DNA of 64,000 nucleotides from a virus, in IMG/VR virus record IMGVR_UViG_3300025141_000036, positions 48,402-112,401 of that record. One strand, written 5' to 3'. Positions 1-10,110 of this stretch are shown piece after piece. Both the position numbers and the translations under genes were made by a program. Position 1 is the first letter of the stretch; each line of letters opens with the position of its first letter. A model generated the notes under the pieces. It had not been told where the DNA came from, made no database searches, and saw only the letters and a program-made list of their open reading frames with translations.

Positions 1-928
1 CAATGGCCAAACCCCATCCGTGTCGGGATCTGCCTGGGGTGGCTGCATATTCTGAAGTTCCAGCTTTTATGTTTCTTATTTTAGTGGAAACTTGCCTGTC
101 GTAACTTCTGACTCCACTCGCAGTTCCTGCTATGGAAATTTGAAATCCGAAATGTGCATTGAATGCATCTTCTATCTGGTTCCAACTAGGGATTATGTCT
201 TTCACAACTATTGTTCCTTGATTAGTCACACCCAATAATTCTTGTGGAAATGAGCCATTATAAACTGGCTTATTGTGCCAACCGGAGACGTTGCCTACAT
301 AATATCTCTTCAGAGGCGCAGGAAACCCAGAGTGTCCCGTAGTTCTAACGGAATCGGATCCGTTTGGTGCATTCGGAATGTTTGAGAGATCCGGGGTCCC
401 TGAGTTGTAAAATTGCCCCATAGTTTCTTGATCCCAACTGTTTGCAAACGTTTGGAATAGACTATCCTTTTCTCTAAGGTTCAAAAATTTCTTAGAGAGG
501 CCCACTCTTTGCATTAAGACTATGGAATTTTTCTTTCCTTCTGAATGGTATCTAGCAGACCAGATTTCCCCTTCTTGAGGGCTCCTTCCAGCCTCTTGCA
601 TTACAAATCCAATTGGGTGCATATTTATTAATTTCTTTGTCATTTGAACATCGGGTTCACTAAAAGGATCGGGGAATTCTAAATCATCGTTGATATAACT
701 CCTCACTCTACTAAAGAAATACGCAGGCTCTTGAGGATTATTAGTAGCTGGGTTTCCATGAGCAGATCCTCGAAATGGATTACTGCTTTTTTCTCCAGAC
801 AAAACCACCACTTGAAATATCTTTGGTTCTTTTCTTTGATTATGTTTTACCACCGCATGTTGCAAGTTTTGGCGATGTAGGTTGATTTTTTCAACTGCAC
901 CCATAAGAATAGCAGGAACTTCTATCAT
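1..928 (-). CDS. Modular peptidoglycan hydrolase 1: shared N-terminal domain + M15/VanY-like D-Ala-D-Ala carboxypeptidase (runs off window; absent from ORF track)
   Basis: Manual translation from ATG 928: MIEVPAILMGAVEK...GSAHGNPATNNPQEP...PDPFSEPDVQMTKKLINMHPIG...EGEIWS, then SGVRSYDRQ...AATPGRSRHGWGLAI (SxHxxGxAxD M15 motif). Confidence 0.85.
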   Translation of the reverse strand, partial: MIEVPAILMGAVEKINLHRQNLQHAVVKHNQRKEPKIFQVVVLSGEKSSNPFRGSAHGNPATNNPQEPAYFFSRVRSYINDDLEFPDPFSEPDVQMTKKLINMHPIGFVMQEAGRSPQEGEIWSARYHSEGKKNSIVLMQRVGLSKKFLNLREKDSLFQTFANSWDQETMGQFYNSGTPDLSNIPNAPNGSDSVRTTGHSGFPAPLKRYYVGNVSGWHNKPVYNGSFPQELLGVTNQGTIVVKDIIPSWNQIEDAFNAHFGFQISIAGTASGVRSYDRQVSTKIRNIKAGTSEYAATPGRSRHGWGLAI

Positions 929-933
929 TTTCT

Positions 934-2265
934 TTACCCCTTGGCTAAATCACGTATTGCTATAGCACGTGGGCTTTTATCGATTGCAGCCCTGACTTGA
1001 TTAATGGCATTCATTGATCTGTCGGCGTCTGCTTTATTTACAGCCCCTTGCTTGTTAACACCAACACCACCATAATATTTAACATAAGCAGGGATCCACT
1101 TTCCTTTTCTATATGCCCCTTTTTGTAATCTTATTGATGCAAACTCATAAGCCAAATCGTTTCCGGCTGACTTTGGGCTTACGCTGTCTCCAAATAAATA
1201 GCGGCCGAGTGTTTTTCTCTTCATCGAAACCAAGTAAATGCCTAAAGCATTTTGATTTAATTTATTAAATTGATCACCTGTGTTCAAACCCTGGATTCTA
1301 CTGACAGCACTTTTGAAAGTTTTGGGAATTATCTGGTAGCCTCCGGTGGCAAAAAGACGTCCATTTCCTGCTGTTATGACTTTTGCGCCTTTTGATTGTC
1401 CAGCTCTGACTTGAGCAATTGACCATTGTGATAATGGTCCCCAGCCAGTTCCAATGTAATTAGTGTTGCCTATATAACCAGGCTTTCCATATCGGGAATA
1501 GTAATTAAAAGCATCGTACTGTTCACCATTAAAGTGTTTGGTTGCACAACCTTCTCTAGAGCACTCGTGTTGTCTTATGTTGTTTAACAGTGGTTCAAAG
1601 ATCCCCATACCTGCTAGTTCTTTTAATTGAGCCCACGTGAAGTTTAAACGACCTTTGATTTTTGTCCCTTGAGAGACTCTTACATTTACAACTGGTTCTG
1701 TGATCTCACCATTGGGCCCTACTTGTGCAACATCGCCGATGATGACAGGGCTATGCCTGAGATTTTCCCAAACATTTGCTGCTTGTTGGTATAAACTATC
1801 CTTCTCTTTAAGATTTAAGAACCCTTTATCTACCCCCACTCTATTAATAAGAATTATCCCTTTTCTATCTTTTGTTAAATAACGACAAGTCCAGATATCC
1901 CCTTCTTTGGGGACAAGGCCCGTTGATTTCTCCAAGACACCGATCGGGTGCATATTAGCCAACTTCTTTGTCATCTTCACATCTGGTTCTTTAAACGGAT
2001 CCGGCGTGGTTAATTCATCTATATCTTTTCTTCTTATTCTCGCGAAATAATATGAAGGCTCTTGAGGGTTATTAGTAGCGAGATTACCATGGGCAGTGCC
2101 TACGTGAGGGTTATTAGAATTAGTTTCACCGCCTGATAAAACCACCGCTTCGAAGATTTCAGGTAACACATTAGAGAATGTTTTACTTATAAAACCGAAT
2201 TCTCTTTCTCTTTTGAGAGAAATGCGATTTAAAGCAGTCATAATGTTGGCGGGGACATCTATCAT
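934..2265 (-). CDS. Modular peptidoglycan hydrolase 2: shared N-terminal domain + lambda-R/GH104-like muramidase
   Basis: N-terminal ~165 aa homologous to neighbours; C-terminal IRQHE...ATGGYQIIPKTF...FNKLNQ...LAYEFASI. Confidence 0.75.
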   Translation of the reverse strand: MIDVPANIMTALNRISLKREREFGFISKTFSNVLPEIFEAVVLSGGETNSNNPHVGTAHGNLATNNPQEPSYYFARIRRKDIDELTTPDPFKEPDVKMTKKLANMHPIGVLEKSTGLVPKEGDIWTCRYLTKDRKGIILINRVGVDKGFLNLKEKDSLYQQAANVWENLRHSPVIIGDVAQVGPNGEITEPVVNVRVSQGTKIKGRLNFTWAQLKELAGMGIFEPLLNNIRQHECSREGCATKHFNGEQYDAFNYYSRYGKPGYIGNTNYIGTGWGPLSQWSIAQVRAGQSKGAKVITAGNGRLFATGGYQIIPKTFKSAVSRIQGLNTGDQFNKLNQNALGIYLVSMKRKTLGRYLFGDSVSPKSAGNDLAYEFASIRLQKGAYRKGKWIPAYVKYYGGVGVNKQGAVNKADADRSMNAINQVRAAIDKSPRAIAIRDLAKG

Positions 2266-3509
2266 GATGGAAAAACCCTATCGACTGCGTCTGCTCTTTT
2301 TTTGCGGTGGCTTGGATCATGACTATTATTAACATAATCAGCTAAAGATTCGTTTGGAGTTCTTTTACCGTTTGAAGAGTGCTTATCTACACCCCCAGAG
2401 CCTGCTGAGTTTCTGATTCCTGCTATTATTGCAAGATTTCTATTAGTTTTAGGCCAACCATAGCCTGCTAGTTGTGCTTCGGATGTATCTGCATATTTTC
2501 TTTTCCATACCGCTCTCTGTATGTCTCTGGTTTTGGGGTGTTGAACAAAACTTTCCCAACCTTTTCTCCACCAAGGGTGTTTATAATAACAAGGGTTTCC
2601 TTTTGACTTCTTTGTACAAGTCTTGTTGAAAGCCTTAAGTGCGGAAGAAGATTTGCCGAACCAAGTTACAATGATCTCCTCCCCTAGCAGCTCAACTGCT
2701 TTATCCACTAGCGGATTCAAAGTTTCTCGCTGCCAGTGGGCTATACCTATAATGCCTCTACCATCTACAGGGCAAACCTCATCATACCGTTTTCCCCATT
2801 TACACTTTTTGTCTCCTTTTATACCAGCGTCCAGTGCAATAATAGATTCTAAAGTAATAATCCACCAGTCTGGAGTGTATTGTCCCGGGGCCGTCGGCTT
2901 TGATTGGTAATAGACAACATTAGGGTTTGTGGGACCTTTATTTTTTGGGGCTTGATATTGTTGCTGGGGCTGTTGATAACCTGAACCTATCAATTGTGGT
3001 TGATTGCTGGACCATTCTGCTGCGGATGTTTGATACATGCTGTCTTTTGTGGTCAAAGATAAAAACCCCTTATCAACATCTACTCTGTTAATCAAAAGAA
3101 TAGTGGCCTTATCGGGCCCCAGAAACCTACAACTCCATATATCTCCCTCCTTGGGGATTACATTCGCTTTATTATTCAATAAAACTCCCAGAGTGTGCAT
3201 CACAGCTAGCTGTTGTGCCATTTGTTTGTTGGATTCTAGGAACGGGTCTGGTTTATTTTCTTGTAATGCTGCCACCTTGCGACACCTAACAAAATGATAG
3301 TTTTGTTCCTGGGGATTATTATTCGCGGGATTACCATAGGCAGTGCCGATATTAACATTATTGCTTTTAAAACTAGCAGCAACCACAACAGCATTAAAAA
3401 TTTCCCCTTCTTTGTTGTAATAATCTCTGGCTATCGTTTCGAAACTTTGTTCATTAGTCAAAGAGATTCTATCTAGCATCGAATGGATTGAAGCTGGAAC
3501 CTCGATCAT
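2262..3509 (-). CDS. Modular protein 3: shared N-terminal domain + probable lysozyme-fold domain
   Basis: Same N-terminus (GTAYGNPANNNPQE, PDPF, PKEGDIWSCR); C-terminal DGRGIIGIAHW resembles lysozyme-superfamily GIxQW motif. Confidence 0.6.
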   Translation of the reverse strand: MIEVPASIHSMLDRISLTNEQSFETIARDYYNKEGEIFNAVVVAASFKSNNVNIGTAYGNPANNNPQEQNYHFVRCRKVAALQENKPDPFLESNKQMAQQLAVMHTLGVLLNNKANVIPKEGDIWSCRFLGPDKATILLINRVDVDKGFLSLTTKDSMYQTSAAEWSSNQPQLIGSGYQQPQQQYQAPKNKGPTNPNVVYYQSKPTAPGQYTPDWWIITLESIIALDAGIKGDKKCKWGKRYDEVCPVDGRGIIGIAHWQRETLNPLVDKAVELLGEEIIVTWFGKSSSALKAFNKTCTKKSKGNPCYYKHPWWRKGWESFVQHPKTRDIQRAVWKRKYADTSEAQLAGYGWPKTNRNLAIIAGIRNSAGSGGVDKHSSNGKRTPNESLADYVNNSHDPSHRKKRADAVDRVFPS

Positions 3510-3796
3510 TTTTCATCTTCCTCTGATTTTTGAATTTGGTCGAAAATTTGTGCGAAATCTTTTTCCGATAGCTCATCTGATGATTCTTGCTTGGTCATTA
3601 GGCCACAAAGCTTAACCAATTGTTCGTTCGACCGCTGTAATGTTTCTACATATTTTGCTAGTGTCATTCCAATAGTTTGATGTCTTGCGTCGTCAACAGC
3701 AAGCCACTTAATGGCATCATCGAGCAATTCTCTCGTTATTTCCCTATCATCTTCAAGGTTTTTAATAGCTTTTTCAATGTGTTTTTTACTTTTCAT
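3506..3796 (-). CDS. Hypothetical coiled-coil protein
   Basis: 96-aa ORF overlapping next gene by ATGA. Confidence 0.7.
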   Translation of the reverse strand: MKSKKHIEKAIKNLEDDREITRELLDDAIKWLAVDDARHQTIGMTLAKYVETLQRSNEQLVKLCGLMTKQESSDELSEKDFAQIFDQIQKSEEDEK

Positions 3797-3815
3797 ATAA
3801 ATAATTAGATTTTAT

Positions 3816-4508
3816 TCAAATTTTCCCGTCATCCCAGTCTTTTTTAAAGTCCTTATATCTACTTCTCATTTTATTAAGATGTGTCACAACCTGTTTAGTG
3901 TTCATCCCAGTAAGCTCCCGTAAATAAAGATAGATGGCTTTTTTATTGAAAATTTCAATGTCGTCTACTGACGATAAAATTATTTTTACCGCTTCGTAAA
4001 CTTTTTTCTCACCTTCTTTTTCGTAATCAACCTCCCAGGAATTAATCTCACCCCATAGGTTTTCCCAAAACTCTTTTGTCGATCTTTCTTGATAATAATG
4101 ATCTCCGGGATCAACAAAAGAAGTCTCCAGTTCTAATTCTGCATTTTCATATGGTACTTCTCTTTGGAGTCTTTTTGTGTTCTTTTTTACTTTATGTATA
4201 AACCAATTTTTAGTTATCACACTAAAATAAGAAAAAGCCTTTGATCCACGATTTGGATCATATTTGTCTAAAATGGTGGTGAGCCAAACTTTGCACTCCA
4301 TCCTAAGTTCATCAATGTTTGGCAAGTTTGTAAACTTATAGGAAAATACAATCTTATCAACCATCTGATTAAACGCTGGTTGTATCCATTTTATGTATAG
4401 CTGTTCTTTTTCTGCATGATCATCGCTGTTGCAAAAATCAAGAATTGCCTGTTCGTGTTCCTGCGTAAAATACATTTTGCTCTTTGCTTTCTTCTTCACT
4501 TTTCTCAT
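3816..4508 (-). CDS. Phage RNA polymerase sigma factor (T4 gp55-like, probably late)
   Basis: MYFT.E...KYDPNRGSKAFSYFSVITKNWFI region-2-like motif. Confidence 0.7.
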   Translation of the reverse strand: MRKVKKKAKSKMYFTQEHEQAILDFCNSDDHAEKEQLYIKWIQPAFNQMVDKIVFSYKFTNLPNIDELRMECKVWLTTILDKYDPNRGSKAFSYFSVITKNWFIHKVKKNTKRLQREVPYENAELELETSFVDPGDHYYQERSTKEFWENLWGEINSWEVDYEKEGEKKVYEAVKIILSSVDDIEIFNKKAIYLYLRELTGMNTKQVVTHLNKMRSRYKDFKKDWDDGKI

Positions 4509-4824
4509 TTATCTCCTCCATTTCTAAAACATCTAGGGGTTCGGTTATATCTACAATGTCACCATATTCATCATCCATTAGGGCAATAAGCGCCCTAGTG
4601 TGTTCTAGTAGGTGCTGTAGGGTCTCATCTCCATAAAAGGTGTCTAGAGAGTAAACTTTTTTTAAGTGGTTTTTGTAGGCGGCCAAAAGTTCTATCAAAT
4701 CACCTAAGTTCTGTGAAACATAAGACAATCTTTGTGACTGCTCTCTTGCAAACCAGATCAAAAAACAATTAAGGGTAAAAGACACACAAAGTGCTAACCC
4801 TAGCCATATTTCAATTGTCATCAT
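4438..4824 (-). CDS. Hypothetical membrane-anchored protein
   Basis: N-terminal TM helix. Confidence 0.6.
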   Translation of the reverse strand: MMTIEIWLGLALCVSFTLNCFLIWFAREQSQRLSYVSQNLGDLIELLAAYKNHLKKVYSLDTFYGDETLQHLLEHTRALIALMDDEYGDIVDITEPLDVLEMEEINEKSEEESKEQNVFYAGTRTGNS

Positions 4825-5071
4825 AATAATTCTCTCTTACGTTACGTTTCATATCTTCTAGGAGGGCTCTGTTGTCCTCTATAGCCGCTTTTGTTGCGTC
4901 CCCTACCTTACCACTCCTTGGTTTACCAGAACTCTTGAGAAAAGGCATTTGCGGCACTCTATGAGGGTCTTCGGATGAGCAATGAATACATTTGTCTATT
5001 TCCTCTGACATCCCATGGTATACCTCAAAGCACTCTTCGCAAGAGTTACATTTGTAAACATACTTTGGCAT
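4811..5071 (-). CDS. FmdB-family zinc-ribbon protein
   Basis: MPKYVYKCNSC...FEV...CIHC. Confidence 0.8.
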   Translation of the reverse strand: MPKYVYKCNSCEECFEVYHGMSEEIDKCIHCSSEDPHRVPQMPFLKSSGKPRSGKVGDATKAAIEDNRALLEDMKRNVRENYYDDN

Positions 5072-5274
5072 TATTGAACGCTCGTTTCGATTGTTCCACC
5101 TTCTGGTGACGGGGCTTGCACCACTGGAGGGTTTATAACCACCAGTTGGTCAGAATCATCGATTTGTATTTCAAAACCAGTTAAGGTTGGGACGATGTCT
5201 GTTTGTTCCATTAGTGATTTCTGAAGCGCCATCATAATGGCACCTACTGCTTGATTAGATAATTTATAGTTCAT
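5071..5274 (-). CDS. Hypothetical protein
   Basis: 67-aa ORF tightly coupled to neighbours. Confidence 0.6.
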   Translation of the reverse strand: MNYKLSNQAVGAIMMALQKSLMEQTDIVPTLTGFEIQIDDSDQLVVINPPVVQAPSPEGGTIETSVQ

Positions 5275-6112
5275 TTATAATCTCCTTAATATAATCTTCT
5301 AACTTGTATTTAGGCTCCCAGCCTAAAATTTTCTGTGTGTTTTTAATATCTGCCTTTGTTTCTTGGGCTTCTCCTCTTCTTTTTGGAAGAGTAACTTTTT
5401 CACTTTCGAATAGATCTACAATCTCATTGATTGAATAATTAATTCCCGTTCCAAAATTAAAAATCTCTCCTTGCCAAACAGCTTCGGCTAGTTGAATTAA
5501 CCCATCACATATATCGGATACGTGTGTAAAATCTCTTCTCTGTTTTCCATCTCCAACTACCGTTAGGGGTAATCCTTTGGATTTCAACTCTTCAAATTTC
5601 GCTATAATTGGGGTGAACTCTCCAATAAGTGGATTTCGTGGACCGTAAACATTAAAAAATCGAGCGGTCACTGTTGAAACCCCAAACACTTTTGAATACA
5701 TTTCACACATCTCTTCACCTAATTTTTTACTAAAGGTATATGGGTTTTTTAGCTTACCCCCGTAACATGATGACGATCCAGCGTAAACCACTTTACAATC
5801 TCTGGTTCTTGCATAATCGCAAACAACTGATGTACCTAAAACATTACTTTTTTGCCACAAATGAGGATTTTGAAAACTAGGCTGGATTCTGGCCTCTGCT
5901 GCTAAATGGAAGATAACGTCTACATCTTCGCAAAACACGGATGATAGTAGACCAATGTCATCATAATAATATTCTTTCACAGAATCATTCTTCCACAAAT
6001 AACTTCCAGATGACATATCGTCAATAACATAGACAGTCCAGCCTTTTTCGACTAAGCGATCAACCAAGTTGCTTCCCACGAAGCCTAAGCCACCAGTAAC
6101 TAATGCTCTCAT
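5264..6112 (-). CDS. NAD-dependent sugar epimerase/dehydratase (extended SDR)
   Basis: MRALVTGGLGFVGS, HLAA, YxxSK, RFFNVYGP, GDGKQRRDF; likely start ATG 6112. Confidence 0.9.
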   Translation of the reverse strand: MRALVTGGLGFVGSNLVDRLVEKGWTVYVIDDMSSGSYLWKNDSVKEYYYDDIGLLSSVFCEDVDVIFHLAAEARIQPSFQNPHLWQKSNVLGTSVVCDYARTRDCKVVYAGSSSCYGGKLKNPYTFSKKLGEEMCEMYSKVFGVSTVTARFFNVYGPRNPLIGEFTPIIAKFEELKSKGLPLTVVGDGKQRRDFTHVSDICDGLIQLAEAVWQGEIFNFGTGINYSINEIVDLFESEKVTLPKRRGEAQETKADIKNTQKILGWEPKYKLEDYIKEIINEL

Positions 6113-6960
6113 TTGTCCCCCTCGTCTTTCGACACAGCACCTTCGATTTTCAACCAATCATGGTTCTCTCTAACTTCAATATTCTTTTTCCATGCAGCCT
6201 CCATGACTGCCGGATCAACCCCCAATTCTTTTGCTTTAACGATCATAGCGTTGATATCCTTTGGGAAACATTTTCCCCCAAATCCCGGAGAACCATCATG
6301 GCCCGGAACATCGATGTGTGAATTACCTATACGTCCATCTGTTATAAATCCTTCAATTGCTTGATCCCAATTGGCCCCTGCAGCGTCACAAATTTGCTTC
6401 ATTTCATTCATAAACGAGATCTTCGTGGAGAAGAAACAATTAGCCATGTATTTAATCAACTCGGCGGTTTCAAAATCAGTTTTGATGATCTTAGTATAAG
6501 GAAACCGTAATCGATATAATTTTTCGACCTCTGTGGTATAAAGGATATTCCCTCCTAACACAATTCTAGAGGTGTTTATAAAATCTAATTTTGCTCGCCT
6601 TTCTGTCAAAAACTCAGGATTGAAAACGAATGCCATCTGAGGAAACTTTTCGCTAAGTTCTTGGCTTGTTCCCGGAACAATTGTTGATTTTAAAACAAAT
6701 ATATTATCGCGGTAATCTATCCCCAGATCATCAATCGATTTTAGGACTCCTTCAATTATTGAAAGATCACATTTTCCATCTTTATTCATAGGAGTTGGAA
6801 GAGACAAAAAAATAATTTTTGCTTCCTCGAGCATTTCTTTTAGTGTGCTTATTGATCGATTTGGGTCCTTATCATAGATTAATATATCATCGGTGTGCAA
6901 AACAAACCCATGAACGATAGCTGACCCTACAAATCCATTCCCAATAATTCCAATTTTCAT
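6109..6960 (-). CDS. UDP-glucose/GDP-mannose dehydrogenase family (lacks C-terminal domain)
   Basis: GIIGNGFVG, LPTP, KSTIVPGT, FNPEFL, GFGGKCFPKD. Confidence 0.88.
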   Translation of the reverse strand: MKIGIIGNGFVGSAIVHGFVLHTDDILIYDKDPNRSISTLKEMLEEAKIIFLSLPTPMNKDGKCDLSIIEGVLKSIDDLGIDYRDNIFVLKSTIVPGTSQELSEKFPQMAFVFNPEFLTERRAKLDFINTSRIVLGGNILYTTEVEKLYRLRFPYTKIIKTDFETAELIKYMANCFFSTKISFMNEMKQICDAAGANWDQAIEGFITDGRIGNSHIDVPGHDGSPGFGGKCFPKDINAMIVKAKELGVDPAVMEAAWKKNIEVRENHDWLKIEGAVSKDEGDK

Positions 6961-6979
6961 ATTTCACCTCTGGTTAAAA

Positions 6980-7750
6980 TCATGAATGTACTCCTCTTTT
7001 GCTCGGGTCAATATTATATTTCTTAAAAATAATTTCCAACTCATTCTTATAAATGTCCATAGCCCACATTGATGGGAGCCCATAAGATCCCCCGTGAAGG
7101 GCTGTGGATATATAAGGAAAAACACTTGAATCATGATGCAGTCTTCCTCTTTTCGGCTCCTCATTAAAGATATAACAACCTGTTATCCCAAGGGCCAAAC
7201 ATGCATAAGTGCCCAGTCGTTCTGCCTCGAGAATGTTCTTTGGTTTGTAAGAATTCATCAATTGCTGAAGTCTTTTTCTTTTCCAAAGAGTTGTTTGGCA
7301 AGAAAAAATATATGGATGTGAGTAGGTTCCAGCTGGCTCTCCTCCGGTTTGAGGGATCTCATATATATTTAAGTCATTATGAATTTTCTTGCCGCCCTCT
7401 ACTCCTGATTTCATAAATCTTAGAAAGTCATAATTTGAATCGATTAAAAAATTATTTAAATTCTCTATATTTTCCTTCTTAACGTCACCATATAAAAGAT
7501 GGTCTTCGTGGGAATAGATTATATTATCCTCTTCAATGTGATCTAATGATTCCACCAGCCTTTTGTAAAATGGGTCGTCTTCTTTGTTATAAACCACATC
7601 GCAAAAATTAGGCTCATATTCTTCATTTTGATTTATAATGAGAGTGTGCTTTAAAAAGCCAGCATGTTGTTTAAATTGACCGTAATAGGCATCCCAAACA
7701 TCGTTGTATGTAGAATGAGTCCAAGTTGCAACTCTAAGATTTTTTATCAT
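6980..7750 (-). CDS. Putative glycosyltransferase-like protein
   Basis: DVWDAY, YSHEDH, QTTLWK motifs; position within sugar cluster. Confidence 0.5.
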   Translation of the reverse strand: MIKNLRVATWTHSTYNDVWDAYYGQFKQHAGFLKHTLIINQNEEYEPNFCDVVYNKEDDPFYKRLVESLDHIEEDNIIYSHEDHLLYGDVKKENIENLNNFLIDSNYDFLRFMKSGVEGGKKIHNDLNIYEIPQTGGEPAGTYSHPYIFSCQTTLWKRKRLQQLMNSYKPKNILEAERLGTYACLALGITGCYIFNEEPKRGRLHHDSSVFPYISTALHGGSYGLPSMWAMDIYKNELEIIFKKYNIDPSKRGVHS

Positions 7751-8424
7751 ATTAAGATTTCCTCTAAATTTTTTTTCACATATTCCATGGGAAACTTAAT
7801 CCCCGTGTACATATGGAATTGTTTGGATGCTTGGAGTAAAGAAAGTTCTTTTCCTGTTTGAGTATTAATCAAGCAATCTATAAAACACACATTGGGGTTT
7901 ACAGTTATATTTTCAACAGGAGTGCAATTAAAAATAAGACCAGAATCAATATTTCCAATCTCTTCCCAGTTGTTCCTAGTTATTATTTTAACTTCATCGA
8001 ACAATTTTTTTGCCGAGAACTGTGCTGCTTTAGAAAAACCACCAGAACCTAATATATATATAATATCTCTGTGTTTTATTTTACTCAAAACAGTGTATGT
8101 CGAATAAGCGTCGGTGTTATATGCTGTCAATACTCCGTCATCATTTATGATTGTATTACAGGAACCAATCACCCCAACTTCTTCTGATATCTTATCAACA
8201 AAATTGATTGCACTTATTTTATAAGGCATTGTAACTCCGCAGCCCCTAATCCCGAACGCTTTAATTCCTTTTATGGCACTATTAAGTTCTGATTTTTTGA
8301 CAGAAAAAGATTTATAAATAAAATCACATCCCACTTTTTTGAACGCTGCGTTGTGAATAGAGCACCCAAAGTTTCCTGCCGATTCTGCTATTGATATGCA
8401 GACTTTAGTATTTTTATTTATCAT
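7747..8424 (-). CDS. Shikimate dehydrogenase-like protein
   Basis: SIHNAAF, VTMPYK, SCNTI, YNTD, ILGSGG. Confidence 0.8.
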   Translation of the reverse strand: MINKNTKVCISIAESAGNFGCSIHNAAFKKVGCDFIYKSFSVKKSELNSAIKGIKAFGIRGCGVTMPYKISAINFVDKISEEVGVIGSCNTIINDDGVLTAYNTDAYSTYTVLSKIKHRDIIYILGSGGFSKAAQFSAKKLFDEVKIITRNNWEEIGNIDSGLIFNCTPVENITVNPNVCFIDCLINTQTGKELSLLQASKQFHMYTGIKFPMEYVKKNLEEILI

Positions 8425-9337
8425 TAAGAATCGTCTCCGTCATTTTTTCTGATGTTAATCCATATTTGTTCCACAAATCCATTGGAGGAGCAGACTCGGG
8501 AAACACATCATTCAACCCAATTCTCAACAGTCGTGCGGGATGGTTTTCACATAAAACCTCTGCTACTATAGAACCTAGACCGCCAACTATAGAATGATCT
8601 TCTATTGTAACAATTTTTTTAGTTTCCTTGGCGGCTTTGATTATAATTTCTTTATCAACGGGCTTTAAGGTCGGAAGATTTATAACTCGACATGAAATCC
8701 CTTGATCTTCAAGGTTTTCCGCTGTCTTTAAAGCTTCCGAAAGGATGCAACCGCTACTTATTAAAGTAATGTCATTTCCCGGTAAAAGCTGGTTTCCTTT
8801 TCCAAACTGAAATCTATAATTTTCTGAGAGGTGTTCTTCTACAGGTTGCCTTCCTATTCTTAAATAAACCGGATTTTTTAAATCTGTCTCTACTAGATAT
8901 TTTGTTATTTCACGAGCCTCAATAGGAGTTGCAGGTTGCAAAACAACCATTCCAGGAATAGACCTCATCAAACTTACATCCTCGAGACCCATTTGGGTCA
9001 CTCCATCCTTTCCAATGGCCAAACCAGCATGAGTGCCCACTAAAATTACAGGAGCCTCAGAATAACCTATAGAGACCCTTATAACATCATACTTCCCTGT
9101 AAGGAAAGAAGCAAAAGATGCCATAAAGACTTTGTAGCCATATTCTGACATACCTGATGCTATTCCAATCATATTACATTCAGCTATTCCACATTCGAAA
9201 AATCTATCAGGGTATGCTTCATGAAATTTTGAAAGCCTTGTCGCTTTTGACAAATCAGCACTCAAAGCTATAACATCTTTTCTGTCTCTGGCTGATTCTA
9301 CTAGTTGTTTGCCGAAGGCATCTCTTGTTGCTAACAT
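8414..9337 (-). CDS. Transketolase, C-terminal (pyrimidine-binding) subunit
   Basis: LSADLS, GIAECNM, GKDGVTQM, PVYLRIGR, EDHSIVGGLG. Confidence 0.9.
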   Translation of the reverse strand: MLATRDAFGKQLVESARDRKDVIALSADLSKATRLSKFHEAYPDRFFECGIAECNMIGIASGMSEYGYKVFMASFASFLTGKYDVIRVSIGYSEAPVILVGTHAGLAIGKDGVTQMGLEDVSLMRSIPGMVVLQPATPIEAREITKYLVETDLKNPVYLRIGRQPVEEHLSENYRFQFGKGNQLLPGNDITLISSGCILSEALKTAENLEDQGISCRVINLPTLKPVDKEIIIKAAKETKKIVTIEDHSIVGGLGSIVAEVLCENHPARLLRIGLNDVFPESAPPMDLWNKYGLTSEKMTETILNDK

Positions 9338-10110
9338 CTCAACTCCTCTAGTGCTGCTTCATATTCTTCTTTATTTGGTGCTTTAGCATGCCAAGCTGGG
9401 TCATTCATGAATGAAACACCTGCTCCTTTCTGTGTGTCTAGGATTATACACTTTGGTTTTCCATTTGATTCTAAAGAATCCATAGCTTTCTCTATTTCTT
9501 CATAAGAATTGCCATTAATTCTAATTATATCCCACTTAAAACTAGCTAGTTTTTCCCCCAAAGGATCTAAGGGCAGGATATCCTCTACTAAGCCATCGTT
9601 CTGTGATTTATTAAAATCAATAAAACAGATAAGATTATCTAATTTGAATTTAGGGGCTAACATAAACGCTTCCCACACTTGCCCTTCTTGAATTTCTCCA
9701 TCGCCAACGATACAAAAACACTTTCCGCCAAGGGCCTGTAGTTTCATAGCCAGAGCATGCCCTAGGGCTATACTTAATCCTTGTCCTAGGGAACCTGTTG
9801 TAGCATGCATATAGGGCAACCTCACTTTGTCAGGGTGACCTTGCAAGGGAGAATCAATTTCTCTAAATTTTGCCAGATCCTCATCTGATAAGATTTCCAA
9901 TTCATAGAGTGCGGCATACAAAATAGGAACAGCATGCCCTTTGGACAAAATAAGTTTGCTCCCGCCTATCCCTCTAGATGTCAGATCATAATTTGAATAT
10001 AGATATGCCACCAACTCTGCTAAAGAAAAACTACCTCCGATATGACCAGACTGTTTTTCATAAATCATTCGCAGCACATGCTCTCTTAATCGATTAGCCG
10101 ATATTTTCAT
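9331..10110 (-). CDS. Transketolase, N-terminal (ThDP-binding) subunit
   Basis: SGHIGGS, LSKGHA, LQGHP, TGSLGQG, GDGEIQEG. Confidence 0.9.
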   Translation of the reverse strand: MKISANRLREHVLRMIYEKQSGHIGGSFSLAELVAYLYSNYDLTSRGIGGSKLILSKGHAVPILYAALYELEILSDEDLAKFREIDSPLQGHPDKVRLPYMHATTGSLGQGLSIALGHALAMKLQALGGKCFCIVGDGEIQEGQVWEAFMLAPKFKLDNLICFIDFNKSQNDGLVEDILPLDPLGEKLASFKWDIIRINGNSYEEIEKAMDSLESNGKPKCIILDTQKGAGVSFMNDPAWHAKAPNKEEYEAALEELRC

